Source: Blastocladiella emersonii ATCC 22665 (Eukaryota > Fungi > Blastocladiomycota). Taken from it: a stretch of 64,000 nucleotides of DNA. Shown here piece by piece: positions 36,101 through 47,060 of the stretch; position 1 is the stretch's first letter, and the number at the start of each line of letters is the position of its first letter. Where the stretch lies: positions 4,278,001 through 4,342,000 of the forward strand of contig JANHCV010000001.1 in assembly GCA_025594325.1 (NCBI GenBank), in the 5' to 3' direction. The notes beneath the pieces were generated by a model. That model saw only the letters and a program-made list of their open reading frames with translations, was not told where the DNA came from and did not search any database. The position numbers and the translations under genes were made by a program.

Positions 36101-36790
36101 CTATGCTGGCAGTGGTGGTGGTGGTGGTCGGAGCGCGGGAGGCTCATGGACGCCTGCGGGCAACCAAGTCAATGGAGAAGGAGCATCAACGGTTGCGACC
36201 GCGAACAACATGGAGACTGTATAAAGCGAGCGAGCGAGCGGACGAACCACGGTAGAAACGGCGCGCGGGCGTGGTCCGGGCTCGACGAGCGCGGCGGTGG
36301 GGCACACTCGCGCACCTTCGCGTCCTCAAAGGTGCTGTTCGACGCAGGCGTGTTGCTGAGAACAGGAAAAGGTGCGCTACCGCGTTTCTGCGACTCTCTC
36401 TCGGTGCGGAGCGCCCTGAGGCGCGATCGCGAGCTGACGGCCGCCGCGGCTGCCGGCCGGTGATCTGACGGTGATCTCACCCGCGAGCACGCGGCGGCCG
36501 ACTCGGCAGCAGGTGCATCGGGTACACCGCTGCTCGATGTCGGCAGCTCCGAGTGAATCGCGTACAGCTCGTATTTGGCGTCAAACAATGTTTATGGCAT
36601 CGGCGAGTACTCGGGCAGCCTTTTGCTGGCCGCGGTCATGGTCGTGTACGCCAGTGGTACGTGGTGGAAAACGTCGGGATCGAGAACCGCTGCTGATGCG
36701 ATATTGCGAGTCGAAGCGGCGGCGGCGGCGAAGATGACCTTGAGCGACAGCGCGTTGCCCTGCTTGGCAACGTAGTCAGACAACGTTGCA
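36101..36790 (-). pseudogene. Decayed 3' partial copy (copy 1) of the gene at 52963-54379
   Basis: LPEYSPMP*TLFDAKYEL vs PPEYSLMPYTLFDAEYEL; in-frame stop at 36592-36594 and frameshifts. Confidence 0.85.
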
Positions 36791-37281
36791 GAGGGCTTAA
36801 TCCCTCGATTGAAGACCAGACGCGAAGCAGCTTGGTGGTTCAAGTAAATTTCCATCGAGAAACGCAAACAAAGGGTGAAGTCGACGCGTTGAAGAATCAC
36901 GTGCATATGAACCTCACGTGTGCGTGTCTCGAACGGCCGCACGCCGCGCGCCGCGGTCCCCCATTTAGGCGACGGTACGCGTCTTAGAAACAGCCACGGC
37001 ACAGTCGAGTGGTTAGAACACGCAGGACCCCGCACCCTAAAATGGGGATGCCGCCGCCTGCGCTGAACGAAGCGCTTAGCTTTTGCTTCGGATCCCGATC
37101 CTGCCCTTCGGCTGTTATCAATGCTATTCTCTGCAATCAAAGTTTTTTTGACGGGAGAAACTGCATATGCGACGACTTCTCGATCAGTCGAACAGAACAA
37201 CGATAGGTATAGTGAGGTGCGAGTCGGGGAGGAATGCAGAGTGATCGAGGTGTTGATCTGATTATTTGGCGGTAAGAAGCA

Positions 37282-38594
37282 TCAATCCAAAGTTGTTGCC
37301 CTCACGGCACATGCAATGGAAGATGCCGCCTTGCAGCATGAGCTCGTGTGGCGGGCCAAAACTGCACAATCCGGAGCGAGCGAGCGGACGAACCACGGGT
37401 AGAAACGGCGTGCGGGCGTTTTACAGGTTCGACGAGCGCGGCGGCGGGGCAACATCGCGCACCTTCGCGTCCTCAAAGTTACTGCTCGACGCGGGCGTGA
37501 TGCTGAGAACAAGAATGATGTGCGAACGCGTTTCTGCGGCTCTTTTGGCGCAGTGCAAACCGGCGCACGGCCGCGACACGTCGGGCGGTCGCCGTGACTG
37601 GCGAGGTGATCCGACGGTGATCTCGCCCGCGAGCACGCAGCGGTCGACTCAGCTGCGAGCGCGACGAGTCTGTCCATCGACTGCTGAGATATTGGTGGCT
37701 CTGCGTGGACCGCGTGCAGCTCGTATTCGGCGTCAAACATTGTTTATGACATCTGCGAGTACTCGGGCAGCTTCTCGCTGACCGCGGCCACGGCCGTGTA
37801 AGCCGGTGGTGGGTCGTGAACGATGTCAGGGTCGACGATCTCCGCTGATGTGATATCGCGGGCCAAAGTGGGGGCGCAATAAAGGGCCTCGAGCGGCATC
37901 GCGTTGCCTTGCTCGTCGACCAAGTCAGACGGCGACAGGATCACGATCTCAACTGCCTACTCGAACGGGTCGAGTCAATCGCCAACGTGTCATGGACCGA
38001 CCGAGGAGGAGTGCGAGTAATTGTACCATATAGACGTCCGATCCCAAATCCCGCGCATCGTCGTCGTCGTCGTACAAGAAGCGCCAGAGGAGGTGGCGGT
38101 TGGAGTGCATCATGTCACGTAGCGTGAACTCGATGAGAAGCTTACGAATGGCCTGGTATCGCTGCAGGATGTGATTGTTAGTACGTGATCTCGATGGCCA
38201 GCATCCGCAGAAATCGTACTTTATGGAGCGCATGTTCAATACTGAAAAGACCCGCAGCTACTGGCGCACCAAGGGATACGACGAGCGTGCGCACGATATC
38301 GAGCGTTCACACAGCGCTCTCGCCGTCATCGTCACCGCCGCCTCGCTCGCCGTTAGCGCCCTCGTGGGTGACGGCGAGGACGGGGAAGATCATGAACCAG
38401 GGCGCCATGAACGGCAGCAGGTTGAACATGGGCGACGGCGACCATCGCTCGGCCGCCGCGGAGAGCCGCCGGATGCGGTCGTCGAGAACATGGTCGTCGA
38501 TGTGCTGTGTGAGAAGGTCCATGTGTGGCGTGCTGGCGAGTGCGAAGCGGGTGCCGTCGCCCTCAAGCGTCAGGCTGACCGTGGCGAGCGGCAT
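37282..38594 (-). pseudogene. Full-length decayed copy (copy 2) of the gene at 52963-54379, introns retained
   Basis: MPLATVSLTLEGDG...; stops at 38307-38309 (TGG>TGA) and 37744-37746; same two intron positions as the intact copy. Confidence 0.88.
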
Positions 38595-38961
38595 CGGTGT
38601 GTTGCGTTTCGGGTAGTTATAGCTTTTGTCAAATGATTCATGGCATGTCGTTTCGCTCTCCACGGTGAAGGCGGAGTCGGGCGGAGGAGGGGGCGGCTGA
38701 GGGGAAGCCGCGCAGGGCGCGAGGCGCGTTGGTGTTGTCGCACCACTGCCACGTGAGCTGAACGCGACGCGCCTTTTCGCGCTTCGAGGACGCATTTCGT
38801 CTTTGGCTCTGTCAAAGATCAGTGCGACAGCTATGTCGACCGACAACCATTGTAGCGAGGCGCGAACGCGGCGCTCTCGCTGCACACACAGGCACGATGC
38901 GGTTGGGAATGAACGTAGTATGTATGTTTTCTCATGACCCAGATCGAGGATAGCGCCGAGC

Positions 38962-39857
38962 TCAGTCCTCCATCTCGTCGGGGTTGAGTGCCTGTTGCGC
39001 AAACTGCTCGGCGTCGGCGGCGATGTCGGCGGGGACCATGACGTGGCGGTTCTTGGAGGCCTCGCAGATCCAGGACAGCTCGAGCTCAAAGTCCTTGTCC
39101 TTGGCCTCGTCGTGGACAACGTGGAGGATGCGAGCGGCCTCGCGGACGGCGTCGCGGACCGAGAGCTCGTCGAGCTTGAGCTTCTCGATCTCGGTCTTGG
39201 CGAGCTGCTTGCCCTTGCCGATGGCGATGCCGCGGTAGCCGAAGAAGTTGCCGGCGGGGTCGATCATGTAGAGGGCGGGGCCCGTGTGGTCGAAGGTGCC
39301 GAGGATGACGGCGGAGCCAAAGGGGCGGACCGACGAGTAGAGCGTGTAGGCCTGGACGTAGCTGGACAGGCGGTCGGCGAGCTGCTTGCCGGCAATGGGC
39401 TCCTTGTAGGTGGAGCGCCAGTGGGCGGCCTCCTCGCGGGCGCGGCCGACGAGGTGGCGGCCGTCGGCGAGCAGGCCGGCCGTGGCGACGCCGACGTGGT
39501 AGTCGACCGTCTGCGTGCGCTTGTTGCCGCCGGGGACCAGCAGCTTGGACGGCACGAGCTTCTCGATGGCGAGCACGATGCCGTCCTTGCAGCGCAGGCC
39601 GATGGCGGTGCTAGAGGAGGGGAGTGGGGCGCATGTGAGCGAGCGCGGGTCCCTCGCCGACCTAAGCGCGCGGGAGACGCACCCGCTGTTCTCAACGGCC
39701 TTGTTGGCGTACTCGACCTGGAAGATGCGGCCGTCTGGCGAGTAGGTCGACGAGGCCAGGTCGTACTACGCGATGGCGGCGGGTCGGTTACTGCGTGGTC
39801 GATACATGGTGGCGGGCGGGCGGTCCGGATGCATACGCCGGTGCCAATGGAGGTCAT
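38962..39857 (-). CDS. PRE10: 20S proteasome subunit alpha-7
   Basis: MTSIGTG|YDLASSTYSPDGRIFQVEYA..., YTLYSSVRPFG, KDKDFELELSW; 2 introns. Confidence 0.97.
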
Positions 39858-40284
39858 GCTGGAGGTGGTTCGTTGATTCCGTTGCTACGTGTTGCTGTTG
39901 CGTGCAGCGAGGGTCAGAAGAGCGACGCGTCGAAGGTCGACCGGCTCGCAGGCGCGATCAGCAGGCGGCGAAAAGTACGTCACGGTGCCGCGTGGCGGTC
40001 ACGCGCGGCGGCTGCCAGGTGTGGCTGTCTCGTCACGCGGGGCAGTCGCGTGCTCGGCTGAGCCTCACTCGCGCGCACGGGCCATGGCGCGACCCGCGAC
40101 CCCCGGTTTCGAGTCGCCCGCGGCCTTAACCGGCGCTTCTTTCATTGCGGTGCGCTCTCCCACCAGCAACGGCAACTGTACAAGACCGCGCCGCGCCCCC
40201 GCCGCGCGACCCTCTCTCCCCCCCGCCCACCCACCCCCACACAACCAACCCCATCCCACGCCAAGCAACGCATCGACCACCACC

Positions 40285-42060
40285 ATGGACAAGGAAACCT
40301 CGCCTCTGCTCAGCAGCGGCACCCGCACACCAACGTCGCCGCCGCGCCAGCGGCAGCCGCTGCTCACCGCGGCCGGCGCATCGTCATCGGTCTCGCCGAC
40401 AACATCGCCCGTGCCCGCCGCCGGGCTCGCGTCGTACGGCAGCGACCACGACCATGAGGCCGCCAACGACTACGGCGACGACACGCACCTGCTCTCGCCG
40501 ACGGAGCGCGAGCGGCTGGCCAACGACACGACGATCCCGCGGTCCGTCTACTTCATTGTCGGCAACGAGTTCTGCGAGCGGTTCGCCTTCTACGGCATCA
40601 AGGCGGTCCTGTTCATCTACCTCACGCGGTACCTGCAGATCGGCTCCGACACGAGCACCGCCCTCGTCCACACCTTCACCATGGCCGCCTACACGGCCAC
40701 GCTGCTCGGCGGCGTCCTGTCCGACTCGTACCTCGGCCGCTTCCGCACCATCCTGTACCTGTCGCTCGTCTACTGCGTCGGCAACCTGCTGCTCTCCGTG
40801 ACCGCCATCCCGGGCGTCATGAGCCGCGCCAGCGACGGGTCCGTGTCGCCCATGGGCGCGTTCGCCGGCCTGACCCTCCTCGCCATCGGCACGGGCGGCA
40901 TCAAGCCGTGCGTCTCGGCGTTCGGCGCCGACCAGTTCCACGCGACGCAGGTCCGCGGCATCTCCATCTTCTCGCTCTTCTATTTCGCCATCAACTCGGG
41001 CTCGCTGCTGTCCATGTTCATCACCCCGGTCCTGCGGTCGCAGTCGTGCTTTGGCCGCTCCGACTGCTTCCCGCTCGCCTTTGGCCTGCCGTCGGGCCTG
41101 ATGCTCGTGTCGACGCTCGTCTTCATCTCGGGCCGCGCCTACTACCGCCAGACCCCGCCCGAGGGCAACGTGCTGGCGCGCGTGCTGGCCGCGATCCGGT
41201 TCGCGCGCGCCGAGCGCGCCCGCAGCCCGGACGCGTCCAAGTCGCACTGGATCGACTACGCGGCGGCCGACCCGCGGTTCGACGCGGCCTTCCTCGCCGA
41301 CGTCAAGCAGCTGCTCCGCGTCGTGTGGGTGTTCCTCCCGCTGCCGCTGTTCTGGACGCTGTTCGACCAGCAGGCGTCGCGGTGGACGTCGCAGGCGCTG
41401 CTCATGAAGGCGGACCTCGACCTATTCGGGTGGGTCGTGGCCATCAAGCCCGACCAGATGCAGGTCGCCAACGCGCTGCTGATCCTGGCCTTCATCCCGC
41501 TGTTCCAGCGGTTCGTGTACCCGAACTTTGCCGTGCTCAAGTCGCCGCTGCGCCGCATGGCCATCGGCATGAGCCTCGCCGGGTGCAGCTTCATCCTCGC
41601 CGGCCTGCTGCAGCTGCGCATTGACCGCGCCGTGTACGCGGCGTACGAGAACGGCCAACTCGTGGACGTGGTCGACCCGGCGACCCGCAGCAAGCTCGCC
41701 GAGCAGGGGTCCCTCGTGTGCGTGTCGGGGTGCGTGCCGATCCTGTGGCAGGTACCGCAGTACATGGTCATCACGGCCGGCGAGATCCTGTTCTCGATCA
41801 CGGGGCTCGAGTTCGCCTACTCGCAGTCGCCGCCCTCGCTTAAGTCCGTGTGCCAGTCGGCGTGGCAGATGACGGTTGCCGTCGGCAACCTGCTCGTCAT
41901 CATCATCGCCGAGTCGCGCATGTTCGACGCTGCCCCCGAACTCTTCTTCTTCGCCTCGGCCCTGTTCGTCGCCACGGGCATCTTCGTGGTCATGAGCCGC
42001 GACTTTCGCTTCGTTCGGCCCGCCGCAGAGACCTATTCGAATGAAGAGGATGTGATGTGA
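40285..42060 (+). CDS. Proton-dependent oligopeptide transporter (POT/PTR, SLC15-like)
   Basis: EFCERFAFYG (ExxER), GTGGIKPCVSAFGADQF, FYFAINSGSL, LFDQQASRW, GLEFAYSQSP; intronless. Confidence 0.95.
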   Translation: MDKETSPLLSSGTRTPTSPPRQRQPLLTAAGASSSVSPTTSPVPAAGLASYGSDHDHEAANDYGDDTHLLSPTERERLANDTTIPRSVYFIVGNEFCERFAFYGIKAVLFIYLTRYLQIGSDTSTALVHTFTMAAYTATLLGGVLSDSYLGRFRTILYLSLVYCVGNLLLSVTAIPGVMSRASDGSVSPMGAFAGLTLLAIGTGGIKPCVSAFGADQFHATQVRGISIFSLFYFAINSGSLLSMFITPVLRSQSCFGRSDCFPLAFGLPSGLMLVSTLVFISGRAYYRQTPPEGNVLARVLAAIRFARAERARSPDASKSHWIDYAAADPRFDAAFLADVKQLLRVVWVFLPLPLFWTLFDQQASRWTSQALLMKADLDLFGWVVAIKPDQMQVANALLILAFIPLFQRFVYPNFAVLKSPLRRMAIGMSLAGCSFILAGLLQLRIDRAVYAAYENGQLVDVVDPATRSKLAEQGSLVCVSGCVPILWQVPQYMVITAGEILFSITGLEFAYSQSPPSLKSVCQSAWQMTVAVGNLLVIIIAESRMFDAAPELFFFASALFVATGIFVVMSRDFRFVRPAAETYSNEEDVM

Positions 42061-42267
42061 TGTGGTGTTGTACTTATTCTCCTACCTGCCCGCCCTCCCG
42101 TCCTCTACCCGTCCATCGCGCCGTGCGATGCCCCAGTCCCATATCCTTCCCCCTCATTCCGACTCTCAACACGTTTTGATAACATCGAACTAAGTATTTC
42201 TTGATAAGCAAGGGAAGGGAGCGGAGCAGAGCAGCGCAGCCAGGTATACAGCAACAACACTGCGAGC

Positions 42268-43077
42268 TCAGAACTCGTAGTGGGCGCGGAGCCACGCAAC
42301 AAACTTGGTGTAGGTAGCCTCGAGGTCGTCGTTGACGAGGACCACGTCGTGGGCGCCGGGCGTCTGCGCGTACTCGATCTCGGCCTTGGCGGCGGCGAGC
42401 CGGTCCGCGATCGCGTCCTCGGCCTCGGTCCCGCGCCCGCGCAGCCGCTGCTCGAGCACGCCGACCGACGGCGGCTGGATGAACATGAACCGCGCGTGCA
42501 GGTCCGTCGCCTTGACCAGCTTAACGCCCTGCATGTCGACTACAAGGGTACGGGTGCGAGGGTGAGATGACGGCGGGGGAAAGGGCAGCGGGCGTGTGAA
42601 CGTACTGTCGAGGATGCAGATCTTGCCCTGGCCCGTCACCTGGCGCACGCCCTGGACCGACGTCCCGTACAGGTTCTTGGCGAACTCGGCGTGCTCGATG
42701 AAGGCGCCCTGCCCGATCAGCTCCGTGAACTGCTCGCGCGTCACAAAGTTGTAGTTGATGCCGTCCACCTCTCCCGGCCGCGGCTTGCGGGTTGTGTCTA
42801 CACCAAAGAGGTCGCGTCAGAGCTGCGATCCGTCGTATGATCGCGCCGCCACCACACGTACGCGACACGGAGAAGCCGAACGCGTTCGGGAACTCCTTGA
42901 ACAGGCGCGTGAGCAGCGTCGACTTGCCTAGACGGACGAAAAGCGGGGGTCAGGGATGATGGCCGTGACGCGGGCGGAGGCGAGACGCCGCGTACCCGAC
43001 CCGCTGGGCCCGCTCATGACGAGCGGCCGCTTGTTGTCCATGATGATGGGCGAGGCGTCGGTGGCAGAGGGCGACAT
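42268..43077 (-). CDS. GUK1: Guanylate kinase
   Basis: RPLVMSGPSGSGKST, SVSHTTRKPRPGEVDG, FIEHAEF, FIQPPS...RLRGRGTE; 3 introns. Confidence 0.96.
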
Positions 43078-43165
43078 GGTCGAGTAGTGCTTGATAGAGC
43101 TAGGCGCGATACGACTGGGGGCAGAGAGGCAAGGCTCAAAGAGTCAGATCGGGAGCCTGATTCTC

Positions 43166-43173
43166 TTTATATA
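43166..43173 (-). promoter_or_regulatory. TATA box (TATATAAA) ~90 nt upstream of GUK1
   Basis: Exact motif at a plausible spacing. Confidence 0.55.
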
Positions 43174-43622
43174 CCAGCGGCAGGGTCGCGGCGGCGCGGG
43201 AGACGGAGACCGGGACCGACAGCGCGGCGACAGCACGATAGTCATGGGCCAGCGCACGATCCGTTCCCCCGCTGCGCACCCGCTGGCGATGCGTGCGCGT
43301 GCCGATGGCCGATGGCGGGCGGCTGGGCCGAGGGGAGACAGCAGTCACGCACATGGAGCGATGTGCTGCGGACAGGACCGAGCGCGACAGTGTATACATG
43401 GGCGGGGGTGGAGCGGCGGGTTGCACGGAGTGCGGAGAGCGGATTCGGCGGGTAGGTCGAGGGGAGACACTGGCAAAGTGGCGCGGCTCGATCCCGAACA
43501 AAAATTTGGGGTTTCATGTGCGCGTGGATCTCACGTGGCGTGAGACACGGGCGGTGCGAGACGCGTTTTCGCGCGGGGCGGGCGGACGGTCGTGGCACGA
43601 ATCAGGTATGTATGAGGGCACA

Positions 43623-45719
43623 TCAAACGGCTGCTCCGTTCCGCTCGCGCGACACGCGCGCCGGGACCGGAGGCTCGAGCGGCGCGGCGTCGCTCTTGAC
43701 TTGAGACGGTTTGGTTGCTGGTACCGGTGCCGGGTCGACCTCACGCCACCGCGGCCCCCGCGTCTCGTCCACCCCAACACCGCCGCTCCACGCGTCGCAC
43801 AGGATCTGGACCGGCCGCGGCCACGGTTTCGCGATTGCGACACGAATCTCGGCGAGCCCGCGCGTCGGCCGCACGCGGGCCAGCGCGCGCGCAATGTGAC
43901 CGCGACCCGTCCACCACGCCACGTCGCAGGCCGTGATCGAGCAGGTCCCGCCCGGTGGCGGGTGCCACCGCACCGCGCCGCGGATCTGGAGCGTCGTCAG
44001 CCGCGGCCACTCGCCCGCGAGGAGCGACGTGAGCAGTGTCACCTCAGCGAACAGCGCGGTGACGAGCGGGCCGCTGTCGATGACCAGCGTGTGCAGCGTC
44101 GTGTTGGGGGCGAGGAGCGGCGGGTGGATGAGCGGCGGGCGAGGCTGGTGTGGCGCGATGAGCATGGCGGCGGTCGGGTCGGCGAGGATGGTGAGGGAGT
44201 CGAGGGGTGGAGGTGGGTCGAGAGCGGGCGAGTCGGCGGGGTTGAACGAGTGCGCGACCACGAGCTTGCGGAGCGGCGGGGGTTGTGACGAGGAACGGTC
44301 GAGCCGCACCGCCGTGTCCTGGATCGTGAGCGCGGACAAGTTCGGGAACGGCGCGAGGTCGATGGATGGTGGCGGCTGCAGCGTGGAAGTCGTATGCGAC
44401 CAGGACACGGCCGTGGGCGACTCGGACATGGCGGCGTCGGCGATGGTGAGAGTGCGAACGGTTGAGAAGGCAGACACACTGGCGAGCGAGCGGAGCTCCC
44501 TTGACGTGGCCGAGAGCGTCTCGAGGCAGGCAAAGGAGGATGTTTCGGTGGCAACCGCATCGGCTGGTGCGACGGACACGTCCATGAGCTCGAGTGCCGC
44601 CAGCTCGGGCAGCCCAGCGAGCGACTGGACCGCAGCCGGGCCGAGCGTCCAGTTCGAAGCGGGCAGCCGTCGTAGCCGTGGGAAGCGCGTCGCCCACTCT
44701 GCACACGACAATTGTGGCCGGTGCCCGCGTGTTGAGGTGAGGACGAGCGACTCGAGTAGCGGCGCGTGGAGCACACCAATGACCTCGGCCGCCCACGGCG
44801 CGTACAGCTCGAGCTCACGTAGCGCCGGTGCGTGAATCGGGTCACCGGGCGGCAGCGCAAACGAGCCTGCGCACGCGTGGATGACGGTCAAGCTGATGCG
44901 CGTCAGCGACAGAGTGCGCAACGCAGCGTCGACGACACCCGGTAGGATAGCGGGCGCGCGCAGCGCCAGCTCGCGGCAGCTGCTCGCGAGTCTCGGGAGC
45001 ACTGCGATTGCACACTCGGGTCCGCCGGGCATATGTCGCGACGAGCACACGTCGATCCAGTCGAGCCGTACGCGCGCAGCCGTGACCGTGAGCGGGAGCA
45101 GCGCCGAGATCTCGGACGGGCAGCAGAACTTGATTTCGAGCGAGCTGAGCTTGCGCGAGGATCCCGCCTCGCCGCCCGTCATCGCAGCGACCGCGAGGAC
45201 GCGTGCGGCCGTCGGGTTCCCGGGAATCCAGACCTGCAGGTGCCGCAACCTTGCCGCGCGCTTGACGAGCAGCTCGAGCAGCGGCAGGCCGTGCAGCATG
45301 TCGCCGGGGAGGTGCAGCCCGCCCGTCACGCGCAGCCGGCGGATCGAGCGCGACGGCAGCGGGTACGGCGGCGGCGCGTTGCATCCCGGACTGCGGCTGC
45401 TGCGCTGCAGCAGGAGGCCCGAGGCGGCGTCGACGCGGAACAGCGTGGGTCCGTCGGACTGCAGCGTGGGCGTCCCGAGCGGCGCGGTCGACCCGGCCGG
45501 CGGCTCGGCGTACGTGACGTTGACGCCGCGGAGGTCGAGGACGCGGGCGAGCTCGAGCGCGCACGGGTGGTATAGGCTCGGCGCGGCGAAGGCGAGCGCC
45601 TCGAGCGACCGCGTGTCTCGGTGCGCTAGCGACCCGCAGACGTGCCGCGCGATCGCCGACAGGATCTCGCTCGGCAGCTGGTCCAGCGACGGGGGTGGTG
45701 GAGCCGGCGGCGGGACCAT
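43623..45719 (-). CDS. F-box protein with degenerate leucine-rich repeats
   Basis: SLDQLPSEILSAIARHV F-box; repeated LxxLxL units (LRELEL, LESLVL, LRRL, LAALEL, LETLSA). Confidence 0.78.
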   Translation of the reverse strand: MVPPPAPPPPSLDQLPSEILSAIARHVCGSLAHRDTRSLEALAFAAPSLYHPCALELARVLDLRGVNVTYAEPPAGSTAPLGTPTLQSDGPTLFRVDAASGLLLQRSSRSPGCNAPPPYPLPSRSIRRLRVTGGLHLPGDMLHGLPLLELLVKRAARLRHLQVWIPGNPTAARVLAVAAMTGGEAGSSRKLSSLEIKFCCPSEISALLPLTVTAARVRLDWIDVCSSRHMPGGPECAIAVLPRLASSCRELALRAPAILPGVVDAALRTLSLTRISLTVIHACAGSFALPPGDPIHAPALRELELYAPWAAEVIGVLHAPLLESLVLTSTRGHRPQLSCAEWATRFPRLRRLPASNWTLGPAAVQSLAGLPELAALELMDVSVAPADAVATETSSFACLETLSATSRELRSLASVSAFSTVRTLTIADAAMSESPTAVSWSHTTSTLQPPPSIDLAPFPNLSALTIQDTAVRLDRSSSQPPPLRKLVVAHSFNPADSPALDPPPPLDSLTILADPTAAMLIAPHQPRPPLIHPPLLAPNTTLHTLVIDSGPLVTALFAEVTLLTSLLAGEWPRLTTLQIRGAVRWHPPPGGTCSITACDVAWWTGRGHIARALARVRPTRGLAEIRVAIAKPWPRPVQILCDAWSGGVGVDETRGPRWREVDPAPVPATKPSQVKSDAAPLEPPVPARVSRERNGAAV

Positions 45720-45978
45720 GGTGTGGTATGAAGTGCAGCGTCGGATTCGTCGGGTATGGGTTTTGTTTCGGGCAGTTACATGGGCAGGGGGCGGCTGAGT
45801 CGGGGCAGGGAGCGAGCGGCCGGGCAGGGCCGTGTTCGCGGCGGCGGAGCGAAGGGAATCTGCCGCGCCACACTGGTGACGCGTGGGAATACGCGTTGCG
45901 CCACTTTTCCTGTCACCTCAATCGGACGATTTTCGTTTGATGAAAAGACGATATATATAAATGTTCAGAGGAGGTAGG

Positions 45979-47024
45979 TTACCAGCGGGCAACGCGGGCG
46001 CCGATCTCGCTCCGGAACTCGGGCGCGCGCTCGAACCCGTTCTTGCCCGAGTGGTAGTCGACCATCGCCTGGCGGATCTCGTCGCTCGTGTTCATAACGA
46101 AGGGGCCGTGCTGGACAATCGGCTCTACAATCGTGCATAGTAGTGAGTGAACTGGTCCCGCCGACTCGTCGAGTGGGAGAGAGCGTACCGTTGATGGGCT
46201 CGCCGGCAATGAAGACGAAACGGGCACCGTTCTCGCCAGCGACCACGGGCACCTCGGCCTGCGGAGAGACCTTGGCCGTCTCAGCCGACGGCGTGTCGAG
46301 GACGAGGCACTCCTTGGTGTTGCCGTCGAGCCCGCCGAACTTGGCCGAACCGTCGATGAGGTACGCGAACCCGTTGTAGCGCGTGGGCACCGGGATCGAG
46401 ACAGACGTGTTGGGCTTCATGGTCACGTCAAAGTAGCTGATGGGCGTCAGCGTGTGGACCTTGGCGGAACTGCCGAACGCGTCGCCGGCGATGAGCGTCA
46501 CGTTGACACCCTCGCTGGGCGTGACCTTGGGCAGCTCGGTGCCGCGCAGCTCCTGGTACCGCGGCTCCATCATCTTGTGCTTGGCGGGCAGGTTGACCCA
46601 CAGCTGCAGGCCCGTGTTCTCGTCCGCAATGGGGACCTCAGCATGCACGATGCCACGGCCGGCGGTCATCTAGAACGTTCGTGCGGCAGCAGTGAGCGCC
46701 CTTACGGCTTCCTCGTCACCTACAGGTCTCAACACCGCGTACCCACTGCAGATCGCCAGCGTCGATACGGCCACGATGACCAGCGAAGTCCTCGTGTTCA
46801 AATGCTCCCGTGACCATAAAAGTTATAGTCTCGAATCCGCGGTGAGGGTGATCCGAGAAACCAGCGGGCGGAGACACGTTGAACTCGTCCAGCATGAGGA
46901 ACGGGTCGAGGTTACGCAGCCCGTGCGTGCCGATCGAGCGGCGAACGCGTGCGCCGACACCCTCGGCCTGCTCGCGGGCGAGGACGGCGCGGACGGCCGT
47001 GCGGATGAGCGGGGCGGTCGACAT
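45979..47024 (-). CDS. Pirin (iron-binding bicupin)
   Basis: [28 protein letters not shown]|[25 protein letters not shown]; 2 introns. Confidence 0.95.
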
Positions 47025-47060
47025 GGTTGTTGTTGGGTAGCGGAGGGTTGGTGAGGGTGC

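Noticed and set aside
34950-38950. Transposable element explaining the duplicated island
   Set aside because: No transposase, RT or integrase motifs, terminal repeats or target-site duplication were seen.
15025-43537. TCACGTG recurring in several intergenic regions (15025, 26248, 38750, 43531; also 52794) as a regulon
   Set aside because: A rough estimate gives several chance copies in 64 kb at this composition; kept only where paralog conservation supports it.
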